A stretch of DNA of 58,733 nt, the filler included, from Candidatus Zhuqueibacterota bacterium (GTDB taxonomy: Bacteria > BS750m-G25): NCBI GenBank assembly GCA_016783505.1. It is 4 parts of 4 records of this genome, joined end to end, with 100 filler letters (N's around TTAATTAATTAA, not from the genome) between each part and the next. Parts side by side here need not be neighbours in the genome. Positions count along the whole stretch, not along the records: positions 1 to 15,086 come from JADHWK010000051.1; positions 15,187 to 29,684 come from JADHWK010000053.1; 2 more parts are not named here. The stretch is one strand, 5' to 3'. Under the pieces are notes generated by a model. It ran no database searches and was not told where the DNA came from. It saw only the letters and a program-made list of their open reading frames with translations. Made by a program: the position numbers and the translations under genes. Positions 8,798 through 19,500 of this stretch are shown one piece after another; position 1 is the stretch's first letter, and the number at the start of each line of letters is the position of its first letter.

Positions 8798-11104
8798 ATG
8801 AGAATGAGAAGACGCCTTATCTTTGCCATACTGGTAATGGGTTTTAGTGGTATTGTTGTCCAGATCCTACTTCTGAGAGAGTTTTTAGTAGTCTTCTCCG
8901 GCAATGAACTGGCGATCGGGATTATTCTGGCCAATTGGCTTATCCTGGAGGCCTTTGGCTCCCTCTATGTGGGGAAAAGGGTCGAGCACATCAAAGAGAG
9001 GATTGAGGCATTCGTTGGTCTTCAACTCTTTTTTTCCCTATGTTTACCCCTGGCGGTTTATTCAACCCGGATATTAAAGGATTTTATAGGAGTTATCCCA
9101 GGGGAAGGCCTGGGGCTGATTCCCATTCTATATTCATCTTTCCTCATTTTTGCTCCCCTGAGTATCGCCCATGGGGCATTATTTACCTTCTGCTGTAAGC
9201 TATATTCCCTCCACTTCGTCTCAGAAGGTAAGGCCATTGGTAAGGTCTATGTTCATGAGACGCTGGGCACCATTTTCGGAGCGTTTGCTTTTACCTATTT
9301 GTTTGTCCCTTACCTTCATTCCATCCAGATAGCCCTGGGGGTAGCGCTTTTGAACAGCCTCTTGTGCCTCCTTCTTCTGGGATCTTCTCTCCGTAAATCT
9401 TTAGCAGGCAGGGCTCTGGCAGGTGGGTCGGCAGTATTCTTAGTCCTGTGTGCCTATTTAATCATTGGTCCAAAGGCAGATGAGATTCATCATCTCTCCA
9501 TAAGCCAGCAGTGGAGGGGACAGGAGGTAGTCCACTATCAGAATTCTATCTACGGAAATATCACCGTCACCCAAAGGGATGAACAATACTCCTTTTTCTC
9601 TGGTGGGATTCCCATCATTACCACCCCGGTTCCAGATATAACCTTTGTGGAGGAGTTTGTCCATCTACCTTTGCTTTTTCATCCTGAGCCCAAAAAGGTG
9701 CTTGTTATTGGTGGTGGGGTAGGGGGGGTGATCCATGAGCTCTTAAAACACCCCATAGAAAGGGTTGACTATACTGAACTCGATCCCTTAATATTAAAGG
9801 TTGTTCAGGAGTTTCCTACCCCCTTGACTGAAGCTGAGCTCGCCGATCCTCGAGTAAATATCGAATATCTGGATGGCCGATTCTTTATCAAGAAAACTCC
9901 TCACAAGTACGACCTGGTTCTGGTCGGCATTTCTAACCCCTCAACCTTACAGATAAACAGGCTCTTTTCTAAAGAATTCTTCTCTTTGGTTAAGGAAAGG
10001 CTTGAGAAAGGGGGTATACTGGTTATGGTTTTAGCTGGTTCCCTAACCTACTTAAGCGAGGAATTGGGGGATCTCAACGCCTGTATCCTTAATACCCTTA
10101 AGGGGGTTTATCCTTATGTTCGGGTTATCCCCGGGGACTTCAACCTGTTTTTGGCCTCGATTTCAAGTGAGGTCTCTTTAATTAACCATACCTTACTCAG
10201 TCAGAGGCTAAATGAACGTGAACTTGAGGTAAGCCTTTTGACCCCATCCCATATCAAGTATAAATTAGATTCCAGACGGGTAGATTGGTTCTTTACCTCG
10301 CTAAAAGGTGCTACCGAGAAGATCAATCAGGATTTCTCCCCACTGGGGATGTTCTATAGTCTTGCATATTGGAATTCTCTCTTTTCTCCCCGTATGAAGT
10401 GGCTGTTTAGATGGTTTGAACAGGTAAATTTAAGGCTATTGATTATCCCTCTTTCTATATTTACCCTCATCTTTTTGATCATCTATTTTAAGGGCCGAAC
10501 AATATTTACAAAGCTAAGTATCCCTTTTGCCATTATGGCTTCCGGTTTTGCCGGGATGATATTTGACTTAGCACTAATCTATACCTTTCAGGCACTTTAC
10601 GGATATGTCTTTCACCAGATAGGACTTTTAGTGGCCGCCTTTATGGTGGGGATAGCAGTGGGTAGTTTGGCTATGACCTCTCTTTTGAAAAGGGTTAAGA
10701 GGGATTTTGCTTCATTTATCGGGTTAGAACTGGCCATGATTCTCTTTTCCGGGGCCCTTCCGGCGATATTTCTTCTCTTTTCCCCTTACTTAGACCGTCC
10801 GGCGGTATTTTCTCTTTTCCGGGTAATCTTTCTTGTGCTCTCCTTTTTTTCCGGTCTTCTCATTGGTACCCAGTTTCCCTTAGCCAATAAGATATATCTA
10901 AAGCGCTCTCCCGATCTGAGTGGTACTGCCGGTCTACTTTACGGAGCCGATCTTGCCGGCGGATGGATAGGTGGTCTGCTTGGGGGGGTGGTGCTTTTAC
11001 CGGTTTTGGGACTGGTTCAAACCTGCATAGCAGTAGTCCTTCTTAAAATGACCAGTCTCCTCATACTTCTTGTCTCAGCTCTCCTGAATAAGGAATTGGG
11101 ATAA
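8798..11104 (+). CDS. membrane-bound spermidine synthase-like protein (multi-TM fused to aminopropyltransferase domain)
   Basis: TM helices flank PKKVLVIGGGVGG, ELDP and DGRFF motifs. Confidence 0.88.
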   Translation: MRMRRRLIFAILVMGFSGIVVQILLLREFLVVFSGNELAIGIILANWLILEAFGSLYVGKRVEHIKERIEAFVGLQLFFSLCLPLAVYSTRILKDFIGVIPGEGLGLIPILYSSFLIFAPLSIAHGALFTFCCKLYSLHFVSEGKAIGKVYVHETLGTIFGAFAFTYLFVPYLHSIQIALGVALLNSLLCLLLLGSSLRKSLAGRALAGGSAVFLVLCAYLIIGPKADEIHHLSISQQWRGQEVVHYQNSIYGNITVTQRDEQYSFFSGGIPIITTPVPDITFVEEFVHLPLLFHPEPKKVLVIGGGVGGVIHELLKHPIERVDYTELDPLILKVVQEFPTPLTEAELADPRVNIEYLDGRFFIKKTPHKYDLVLVGISNPSTLQINRLFSKEFFSLVKERLEKGGILVMVLAGSLTYLSEELGDLNACILNTLKGVYPYVRVIPGDFNLFLASISSEVSLINHTLLSQRLNERELEVSLLTPSHIKYKLDSRRVDWFFTSLKGATEKINQDFSPLGMFYSLAYWNSLFSPRMKWLFRWFEQVNLRLLIIPLSIFTLIFLIIYFKGRTIFTKLSIPFAIMASGFAGMIFDLALIYTFQALYGYVFHQIGLLVAAFMVGIAVGSLAMTSLLKRVKRDFASFIGLELAMILFSGALPAIFLLFSPYLDRPAVFSLFRVIFLVLSFFSGLLIGTQFPLANKIYLKRSPDLSGTAGLLYGADLAGGWIGGLLGGVVLLPVLGLVQTCIAVVLLKMTSLLILLVSALLNKELG

Positions 11105-11152
11105 GCCGGTGAGATTTTTATAGAGAGTCCCCCTTATATAATTTCATTTGTA

Positions 11153-11497
11153 ACCCCCCCCTAAATCTACCCAAGCCCCCCTTTTTTAAAGGGGGGAGTT
11201 AAGGGGGGATAATAGTTAGCCATCAAGTTGGGAAAAGAAGATGTCTCGAATGAGGTTTGCTTTCCTCTGGTGGTAGAAGATGAGGGTGAGGAAAGTATTT
11301 TCAGGTGAAATAAAAACAAAGAGCACCTAACCCCAGCGATTATCTGTTAATATGTAGCCGTACCCCGAAGGCTCGGGGTGCGGTATAATGTATAAAAAAC
11401 CTCCCGGGGCTGGAGACCTTCGGGGGGTTATTTTTTTAAAAACGGATTGCTTTTAATCTTAAAATTACGTAAATTCATCCGTAAATCAGAGGGAGGA
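11153..11497 (+). repeat. intergenic module copy 3, including mini-cassette and terminator-promoter-RBS
   Basis: GGATAATA-GTTAGCC (11215); ACCTAACCCCAGCGATTATC (11325); terminator; TTGCTT-17-TAAATT (11447-11475); GGAGG before ATG 11501. Confidence 0.85.
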
Positions 11498-11500
11498 ACG

Positions 11501-12256
11501 ATGAAAATAATCTCAATCTATTTCGGACTACTGTTTTTGCTGACGGGAACCATCCTGGCTCAGGAGCTCACCGGACCGGAGATAATAGATAAGGTCAGGG
11601 AACTCATGAATCAGGAGAATGTAAAGGGAATGATGACTCAGACCATCGAGACCACCTCGGGCCAGTTGCGTACCTTCGAGTATGAATACTTCGCCGCCAA
11701 CAAGGGGGAAAAGACACTGATGCGTTACACCAAGCCCAGAAGGGTTAAAGGCCTGGCCTTTCTTATAACCAACTACGCCGATGACATCTGGATTTATTTC
11801 CCACGAACCGGTAGGGTTTTGAAAAAGGCTTCACATTTCAAGAAACAAAAAGTTCAGGGAAGTGATTTCACCTATGAGGACATGGGCTCCGGGGAGGCCT
11901 GGATTGAAGAATATGAGTCCCGGAGACTAATGGATGAAAAAGCCGAGGGCTTTGATTGCTTCAAGGTAGAAATGGTGGCCATGCCGGAAGAAAATCCCAC
12001 CTATTCAAAAATGGTGATATGGGTGCGTAAGAGCGATTTCTCCACGGTGAGGATAGCTTACTATAACGATAAAGGGGTTCATGAGAAAACCCTTTATCTG
12101 CGGGATATTCAGGACGTGGATGGGATTCCTACGGCCATGACCATGGTAATGGAGAACCATCTGAACAACACCCGGACAGAGATGAAGACCATCTCTGTCA
12201 CCTATAATACTACCTACCCCAAGAACTTTTTTAGTGAAAGGGAGCTGAAGAGATGA
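11501..12256 (+). CDS. outer membrane lipoprotein-sorting (LolA-like) protein
   Basis: Signal peptide; WIYFPRTGRV and GSDFTYEDM motifs; RBS GGAGG. Confidence 0.85.
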   Translation: MKIISIYFGLLFLLTGTILAQELTGPEIIDKVRELMNQENVKGMMTQTIETTSGQLRTFEYEYFAANKGEKTLMRYTKPRRVKGLAFLITNYADDIWIYFPRTGRVLKKASHFKKQKVQGSDFTYEDMGSGEAWIEEYESRRLMDEKAEGFDCFKVEMVAMPEENPTYSKMVIWVRKSDFSTVRIAYYNDKGVHEKTLYLRDIQDVDGIPTAMTMVMENHLNNTRTEMKTISVTYNTTYPKNFFSERELKR

Positions 12257-12697
12257 TGGAATGACGGATAATTGGATAGATGGATAAATGGATAGATGGA
12301 TAATTGAGTGAATAGGTCCCAGATTTGTACTCAGTAAATGATCCAGCACCGTCAGTCAGGTGCTCAACTAATGGGAAAAACCGACCCGCCTTAGGCGGGT
12401 GAATCGGTTAGTTCCATTGTTGGGGTGTTCGTTGATACCGAATGGAGTCGGGACTATTATGCCAAATCAGTAAAAATAACCCCCAGTTTCAAAGGGAGGT
12501 CAAACAAAATCCAAAATATTATCTTTAACCGTTTTAACGGTTTATTATTAGGGTGTTGTATCACTTCGGTAAGGTGCCCGACTGATTTTTGACCTTTTTT
12601 CAATGAAGCCATAAATTAATGAATAAATGGATGTTGAGTGGACGGGTCTCAGGTTTATAATTAAAATTGATTGGGAATAAAAGCGGAAGGACAAGCG

Positions 12698-13846
12698 ATG
12701 AAAAGAAAAAACCTATTCAAATTTGTCTTATGTCTTATTTTCTTGTTTCCATATTCCTTAACCGCTCAGCCAGAACTTTTTGGCTATTTTGAGAGCGAGA
12801 TGGATGGGATAAAGGTCTCGGGGCAAAATTATAGCTTTGGCTACAACAAGGTTCGGCTGGACCTTAAGGCATATCCCAGTGAGAATCTTACTGCCGGTGC
12901 TAACCTGAATTACCACATTTACCATGGCAAAACGGTCTGGAATCTTTTTGATTTCCTGCCGGAAAGGGTCTGGCCTGACTCCATTAATGAATATCCCTTC
13001 CCCATCAGGGATACCTTGTATCTGGACAACGCCTTTATGAAAATGCGCTTCCGGGCTTTCGACCTGACCATTGGGAAGCAACAAATATCCCTGGGAACGG
13101 GATACGCCTGGAACCCGGTTGACATCTTTAATATGAAGGAGCTTCTGGACCCGACCTACGAGCAGACCGGAGTAACGGCCTTGCGGTTGGAGGTCCCCTT
13201 GAGCGTCCGTGGTGGGCTGGACCTCATCGTTTCCCACGGAGAGGATTGGGAGTCCTCGACGAAAATGATCCGCACAAAGTGGGGTTTGGGAACCTTCGAC
13301 TTCACCGCCCTCTACGGGGAATTACGCTGGGAGTTAGTAGGATTTGATAGTTTAGTGCTGAATCGGCGGATGATTAGCGGCTCCTTGGTGGGGGAGGTGG
13401 CGGGGATCGGTGTGTGGTTTGAAGGGGGTCATAATTTCCTCAATGATGATGAGGACTTTGATGAGTTTTTAGTCGGCCTGGACCATACCTTTGACTTTCA
13501 GACCTATTTTCTCTGTGAATACTACCACAATGGTTTTGGCCCAAGTAAAAAGGAAAGTCTCACCATTGATAATTATCTCTACCTTCTTGGGGGAAGTACC
13601 CACAGCCTGATGCAGGATTACCTTTTTAGTTACGTGAATCAACCCGTCACCGACCTGATGGATTTTGGTATCTTTGGCATTTGTAATCTGAACGACGGGA
13701 GTTTTGTTTTGAACCCCCAGATAACCTACAATATCTTTGAGAATACCGATCTCAGCCTGGTGCTCAGTTATTTTCACGGGGAGGATGATTCAGAATTTGG
13801 CCTGCAGGATTTTGGGGGACGGATCAGAATCAGGGCATATTTTTAA
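12698..13846 (+). CDS. putative outer-membrane beta-barrel protein
   Basis: Signal peptide; TIGKQQISLGTGYAWNPVD; terminal aromatic residue (RAYF); context of LolA-like and MMPL genes. Confidence 0.7.
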   Translation: MKRKNLFKFVLCLIFLFPYSLTAQPELFGYFESEMDGIKVSGQNYSFGYNKVRLDLKAYPSENLTAGANLNYHIYHGKTVWNLFDFLPERVWPDSINEYPFPIRDTLYLDNAFMKMRFRAFDLTIGKQQISLGTGYAWNPVDIFNMKELLDPTYEQTGVTALRLEVPLSVRGGLDLIVSHGEDWESSTKMIRTKWGLGTFDFTALYGELRWELVGFDSLVLNRRMISGSLVGEVAGIGVWFEGGHNFLNDDEDFDEFLVGLDHTFDFQTYFLCEYYHNGFGPSKKESLTIDNYLYLLGGSTHSLMQDYLFSYVNQPVTDLMDFGIFGICNLNDGSFVLNPQITYNIFENTDLSLVLSYFHGEDDSEFGLQDFGGRIRIRAYF

Positions 13847-14063
13847 GGGTACAGTTCACCAGTAAATTTAATTTCTGAATCTTTTGGCCTTTCTCAAAAC
13901 CCCCCTTTACTCCCCCCTTTAATAAAGGGGGGCTAGGGGGGGGTTAGGGTAAAACGACATAGAGTTAAATTTTTGGTCAGGCGCCCGACTGAAAAGATTA
14001 TTATATTCGTTTTTCTTTATGCCTTGTTGAGTCGGTGACATAATTGTTATTTAAAAGGAAATA

Positions 14064-14578
14064 ATGGGACAGACCATCTTGATTCTAGGGGGTTACGGTA
14101 ACACGGGACGGCTCCTTGCCAGGCTTCTTCTACTGGAAACCGACGTTAATTTGTATATTGCCGGAAGGAATAGGGAGAAAGCTCTGACCACCGCAGAACA
14201 GTTAAACAAAGAGTATCACACCAACCGAGTTCGGGGGATCTACGCAGATGCATCCAAGGTGAATACTCTAAAGAAAGCTTTTGAAAAGGTGGATTTCGTT
14301 CTTATTACATAGTGATGAAACTGGAAGCTGATGGGAAAAAAGATGGTAAACAGAAAGAAATGACGGTTCAACTTTACCATGAAGATGGTTATTGGTTCAC
14401 GGCAATACCGGTAGTGGCATGTTTGCTGCAGTATCTGGACGGCTCCATCCGCAAGCCAGGGCTCTGGCGTATGGGACAAATATGCGATCCGCAGAGATTG
14501 TTCCGTGATATGGAAAGACTTGGAATCAGGATTAAGATAAAAATTGAAGGGACGACCAATCACACCTTTCTCCAGTAA
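14064..14578 (+). pseudogene. saccharopine dehydrogenase-like oxidoreductase remnant (internal deletion, two fragments)
   Basis: ILILGGYGNTG..AGRN Rossmann fragment stops at 14312; a C-terminal fragment (DGYWFTAIPV..PGL) follows in another frame. Confidence 0.7.
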
Positions 14579-14929
14579 AATTTAGCCTCACCCCGAGCCT
14601 TCGGGGTTCGAATTCACCCGCAGGCATGACAGTCGGGCGTCAGTTAGGCACCTGACTAACCTGGCCGATGACCGAAATTCAAAATCCAAAATACAATAGA
14701 AACAACCGGAGTTACCCGTTCATCCAGTCCTTACGGAATGGACGGATTTATTATAAACCCCGAATTTTCGGGGTAACTCCGTATTATGTAAAAGTGAATA
14801 ACGTCTTGAACATTTGAATTTTATATTTGTTTCGTCCCGAGTACTCGGGATCAATATTCGGATTTTGGATTTATTTTTGACTATAATAAAAATTCGAAAT
14901 GTGGTGAAATATATTAACGGAGGAATAAA

Positions 14930-15086
14930 ATGCGGGAGAATTTTCTAAAAGCCATAGCCAGATGGTCGGTTGAAAAAACCGGGTGGGTGATGACAGTGAT
15001 TTTAATCTTGACCGTATTCTTTGGCGTACTGGCCAGCCGGATACAGTTCACCACCAAATGGTCAGATATGCTTCCAAGAGGGGACA
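14930..15086 (+). CDS. N-terminus of an MMPL/RND family transporter (cut by contig end)
   Basis: RBS GGAGG; TM helix followed by DMLPRGD. Confidence 0.6.
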
Positions 15087-15186
15087 NNNNNNNNNNNNNN
15101 NNNNNNNNNNNNNNNNNNNNNNNNNNNNNNTTAATTAATTAANNNNNNNNNNNNNNNNNNNNNNNNNNNNNNNNNNNNNNNNNNNN
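15087..15186. other. artificial contig linker (N runs + TTAATTAATTAA)
   Basis: Same 100-nt spacer at 29685-29784 and 44236-44335. Confidence 0.98.
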
Positions 15187-16381
15187 TATCGGCATTAGGA
15201 GTAAATATAAGGTTGCGCCAATCCCCTTTTTGGGGATTTTCTTCAGCAGAGGTAAATCGGATGGGATTGGTTAGAGTACCGACCGCATTCAATTTACCGT
15301 TAATGAGAAGATAATAGGGTCCGGTAAAGCGAATCTCTACCCCAGGGTCAATATTAATGGTGATCTGCACATCAATAACGACGTTATTGGTCACCACATA
15401 GGGACTGAGGCCCAGGGTAAGATCTTGGGTAATAAATTTACGAAGCTCGTTAGGCTGTATCACATAATCAAAAGCCCCTATATCATCATGATAGACAATG
15501 TCGCCAGCACCGATGCAGGGGGAAATAGACTGCAAACTAAAATCCCCGGTTTCCTCGTCTTTAAATTTAGGATGCATGGCGATGTTATAATGAATATCAC
15601 ATGAGTCACCATTAGCATTGACTGAAGCCAGTTGCCGCCCGCCGTAGCCTACCGCCAGGGAATCCCCGTAATAATAATCACCGGATTGATTCACGTAGAC
15701 AGCATTGTATGATATGCCTGGATTGGAGTCAAAAGACCAATAAATCCCATAATCCCAATTGTAAAAGGCGATATTATTCTTTACGGTGGGGGATGAATTA
15801 TAGATGGAAATACCCGTCCAGGAATTATTGTAAATCGTATTATTTACAATTGTTGGCTCAGAATTGTCGAGACAATGAATGCCATCAAATTTCCCGTAGA
15901 CAATCAGATTGTGCTTCAAAACGGGGCTGGAATGATTACATGTTATTGCCCCGTGATAGACCTTCAAGGTATCCCACACATTCGCATATTCAACCTTACA
16001 GTACTCTAGATAACTGGTACTTTGAGAATTGTTAAACACGATCCCCCGCCACATTTGAGAAGATCCCTCTTTTGGCCGAAAGGCGGTGAAAACGATCATG
16101 TTCCCACCGGTTCCTGTAGCATCCAGGGTACCATTGATCTGGAAGGAATAATCCCCGTTGAAGGCGATTTCCACTCCCGGTTCAATGGTCAAACTGGCCC
16201 CCTCTTCCACCCGAATATCGCCCACCGCGGCAAAGGGGCTACCCGATGCGGACAGTCGTCCGGAGAGGGAACCGCTTATTTGAGTATAATTCTCCAGCGG
16301 ATCCTTTGGCTCCCATCCGAAATCGCATCCAACCAGCAAAAAAGGGATCAACAAGCTGATTAACTGGATCTTTTTCAACAA
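15187..16381 (-). CDS. lipoprotein with right-handed beta-helix (pectin lyase-like) repeats, truncated at gap
   Basis: LLVGC lipobox; repeated LTIEPGV..F, WRGI and NNTIYNN motifs. Confidence 0.8.
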
Positions 16382-16524
16382 AAGAGACCCCTCTTCCCAA
16401 TATGGTGTGCAACAACTGTGTTTTTACAAACAAAGTCGTAGACTTTGCACATTCCAATTCATTGGAATTAATACAGGAGAATTAGGATAGGAATTGATTC
16501 CTATCCTTCATAATGGTTTTGAAT

Positions 16525-19500
16525 TTAAAACGACCATTTTAACCGCACCAGAATCTGGCGGGGGGGTTCGAAATTGCGAGGATTATGGTCGTAGTCAGTT
16601 CTATCTGTATAGGCAGAATAATAGGTGTAATAGTCTGGATTATCCGGATGATACCTTTGGGTAGGACTCCCCGTCTCCCCAAATACCTGGGCGACGTTCT
16701 TTTTGTTAAAGAGATTATGAACTTCAAGACCCAGGGTTAGTTCGGTATTTCTTAACATAAAATATTTTTCTATCATTAAATCGGTGGTCTCTGTCCAAGG
16801 CTTTCGGGCCGAGTTCGGGGTGATCAGCTCTTGCCTGGCTACCTCTTCGGTATATTTGGATGGAGTATAAGGATATCCACTGCCAATGTGGGTTGACACA
16901 CTGAGCAGCCAATTGGATGGCATCCTGATCCCCATGATGCTGATCCTCTCTCCCTTTCCTACGATCAGGCTAGCATTGATGTCTAAGCCGTGTAGTTCAT
17001 CCCAATCTAAGGGATGTTCATCGGTGTTTTCCGGAACATTTGACAGGGGATTAACCAGCTCTTCCACCGCCTCCGACTCCTTCCCCTGGGCATACATAAA
17101 TGTATAGTTGACCTTGGCCCGCCAGAAATTAGAAAGCCTTTTCTCAGCGCTCAGCTCCACCCCCCTCCCACGACCGTACGATGAATTGTAATATCTCGGA
17201 ATAACGAAATTACCCACCCTCTCCTTGATGACACCCACCTCATTAAACTTGTCTTTGTAGAAACCGGAAATATCAAACACAAAATCGTCTCTTATCTGTG
17301 AACTTACCCCCAGCTCATACATAACGGTCTTGATATATTTCAAATTGGGATTCCCAACCGCGATGCCGCTGTTCAGCCCGGCGGTGTTGGATTTATAATA
17401 ATTACGGTAATCCGGGGGCTGGAAGAAATGACCGTAGTTGAAGTACAGTTTGCTCCGGGAGGTAATAGGATGGGAGATACCCAATCGGGGAGCCACCCTC
17501 CGAACACCGGACCTGGGCATCTCCCTTAAAGATCCGATCTCACCCTCATAATGCCTTTTTTTGTAATCTTTGATGAGATCTGGGTCATGGATAACAAAGT
17601 CAAACCGAAGACCTGCCCGCAGAATCATCCCCTGAAATTCCATCTTATCGGTAAAATAGACCGCCCCTTCCCAGGGTTTGGCCCGGTAAAAGTCCCTCAC
17701 CGCCCCCCGATCGGGCCAAGGACTGCCGGGCGGGAGAACCGCATCCCCGGTATAAGGATACCCCGGATAACTGATGTCCTGCATCTGCATATCCCGGTAA
17801 ATAAGCTCCGCCCCTGCTTTGATCTCATGATACTTGCTGGCCTGACTGGTGAGATCAAATTTCAAATTATATTCTGTTGTTTCCCGTTCATGCCAGAGGG
17901 CCACCGGATCATACACACCCGGGTTGAGAAACTGGTCGGACCCGTTCCATATTCCATTACGATTGTAATCCTCAAACCATTCCCCCTCATCCCAGCGATA
18001 GTTAGGGGAATTAAAGACCGGATCACCCTCGTCATTAGTGGTCCGGTTGTGCCAGGTGGAATGGAGGGGATCGTACCGGAGGTAATCCCCCCACATCCAT
18101 TCCTCCCCATAGAGGTTATTCTGAAGATAAGGATCCCACGAATAGTAAATCGGGAAGCGGGGGTCCATCACCTGGGATAGGCCGGCGGGGCGGGTGAACA
18201 GTTCGTATTCATCAAAAAAACCGTTGGGGCCGTCGTACTGGCCGTTCAGGGTAGGTATGCCCAGATTAAAACCGGGAGCCGTATAGGATGAAGGCAGATC
18301 CAGGTAAAACTCACCGGGGTCCCAAACCCCATTATATAATCCGGTTATGGGGTCGGGGCTGTCAATGAAAGGCTCCCCAGTATCATAGAACATGTCCCCA
18401 TCTAAATAGGGCTCACCTGGGTCATAGATCAAAGAACCCGTTGTCCGGTAAGCGAACTCTAATACGTTTAGGCTACCGTCGAAGTTCCGATCGTCGTAGC
18501 CCTCGCTGTAACCCACCGGTTCCCCCACATCCCAACGGCCATTGCCGTTCAAATCTTCGAAGGGGCCATCCCAATAGCCGTTGCCGTTGGCATCCTGGAA
18601 GCGTTCCCCATCCCAGCGGCCGTTATGGTTCCAGTCCTGCTCTGGCAATTGGGGTTCAGCCGGGTCCCAGATACCATTCCCGTTCAAATCGGTGAAGGGG
18701 TCCCACGGATCGTAGACCCCCAGATTGTTGCGACCGGTAGCGGGGTCGGGCACATCCACAAAGGGCTCGGCATAATCATAAACCCCGCTTCCGTTGACAT
18801 CTATCCAGTCCTCGCCCCGGTCCCAGCAGCCGTTGCCGTTGAGGTCCTCATACCCCTCCCCCCAGCCATCGTAGATCTCATTCCCATTGGCGTCCACGTA
18901 ACCGTCGTAAAACCCATTGGTGATCAGTTGGTCAATGTCGCCATCCCCGGCAAGAATGTCTTGATAATTCAAAACCCCATCGAAATTCCGGTCTATGATT
19001 TCGTTAACATAATCCTCCCGGTCCCGATACATGGTAAACTGGCCGGGGTCTTTACCCCTGGGTTTAATGCTGGTCTGGTTATTATAACGACGAAGAGTGA
19101 CTTCAAAGAAAGTTCTTGAGCTTAACTGATTGGTGTAGATCAACCCGATGTTCGTTACTTCGTTTTCGGTAAAGGGTCGGCTCTCAGGGTTATACTTATA
19201 CCGCCAAGCGTTGGCATCCCAGTCCCCGTATCTAGAATCATAAAAATTGTCCCATCTCCTTTGCTTTTTTGATAGCTTAAGGGTCAACTTCTGGGAGTCA
19301 GTTAACTTATAGGTTAATTTTATATTCCCTTTATAACTAGTAGATTGCCTCTGGGGAAGCTCAACCCCAATATCCATAAGATCACTATCAGGAACCCCAA
19401 CCGGTGCATGTCCATCTGCAGTAAAGGGTGTGTAAGTATTGGAAATGTATGCGGATCCACTAAAATAAAAGGTAAGCTTATTAGGGAGGATTTTATCCGA

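Noticed and set aside
15087-15186. TTAATTAATTAA motif between N runs, three times, and ORFs ending in X..LIN
   Set aside because: Artificial all-frame-stop contig linker. Adjacency across it is not biological, so cross-piece comparisons assume only that the pieces share a genome bin.
17551-19119. Plus-strand ORFs of 164-209 aa inside the TonB receptor gene, and similar nested ORFs elsewhere
   Set aside because: Antisense shadows of long, well-supported genes, with no motifs of their own.
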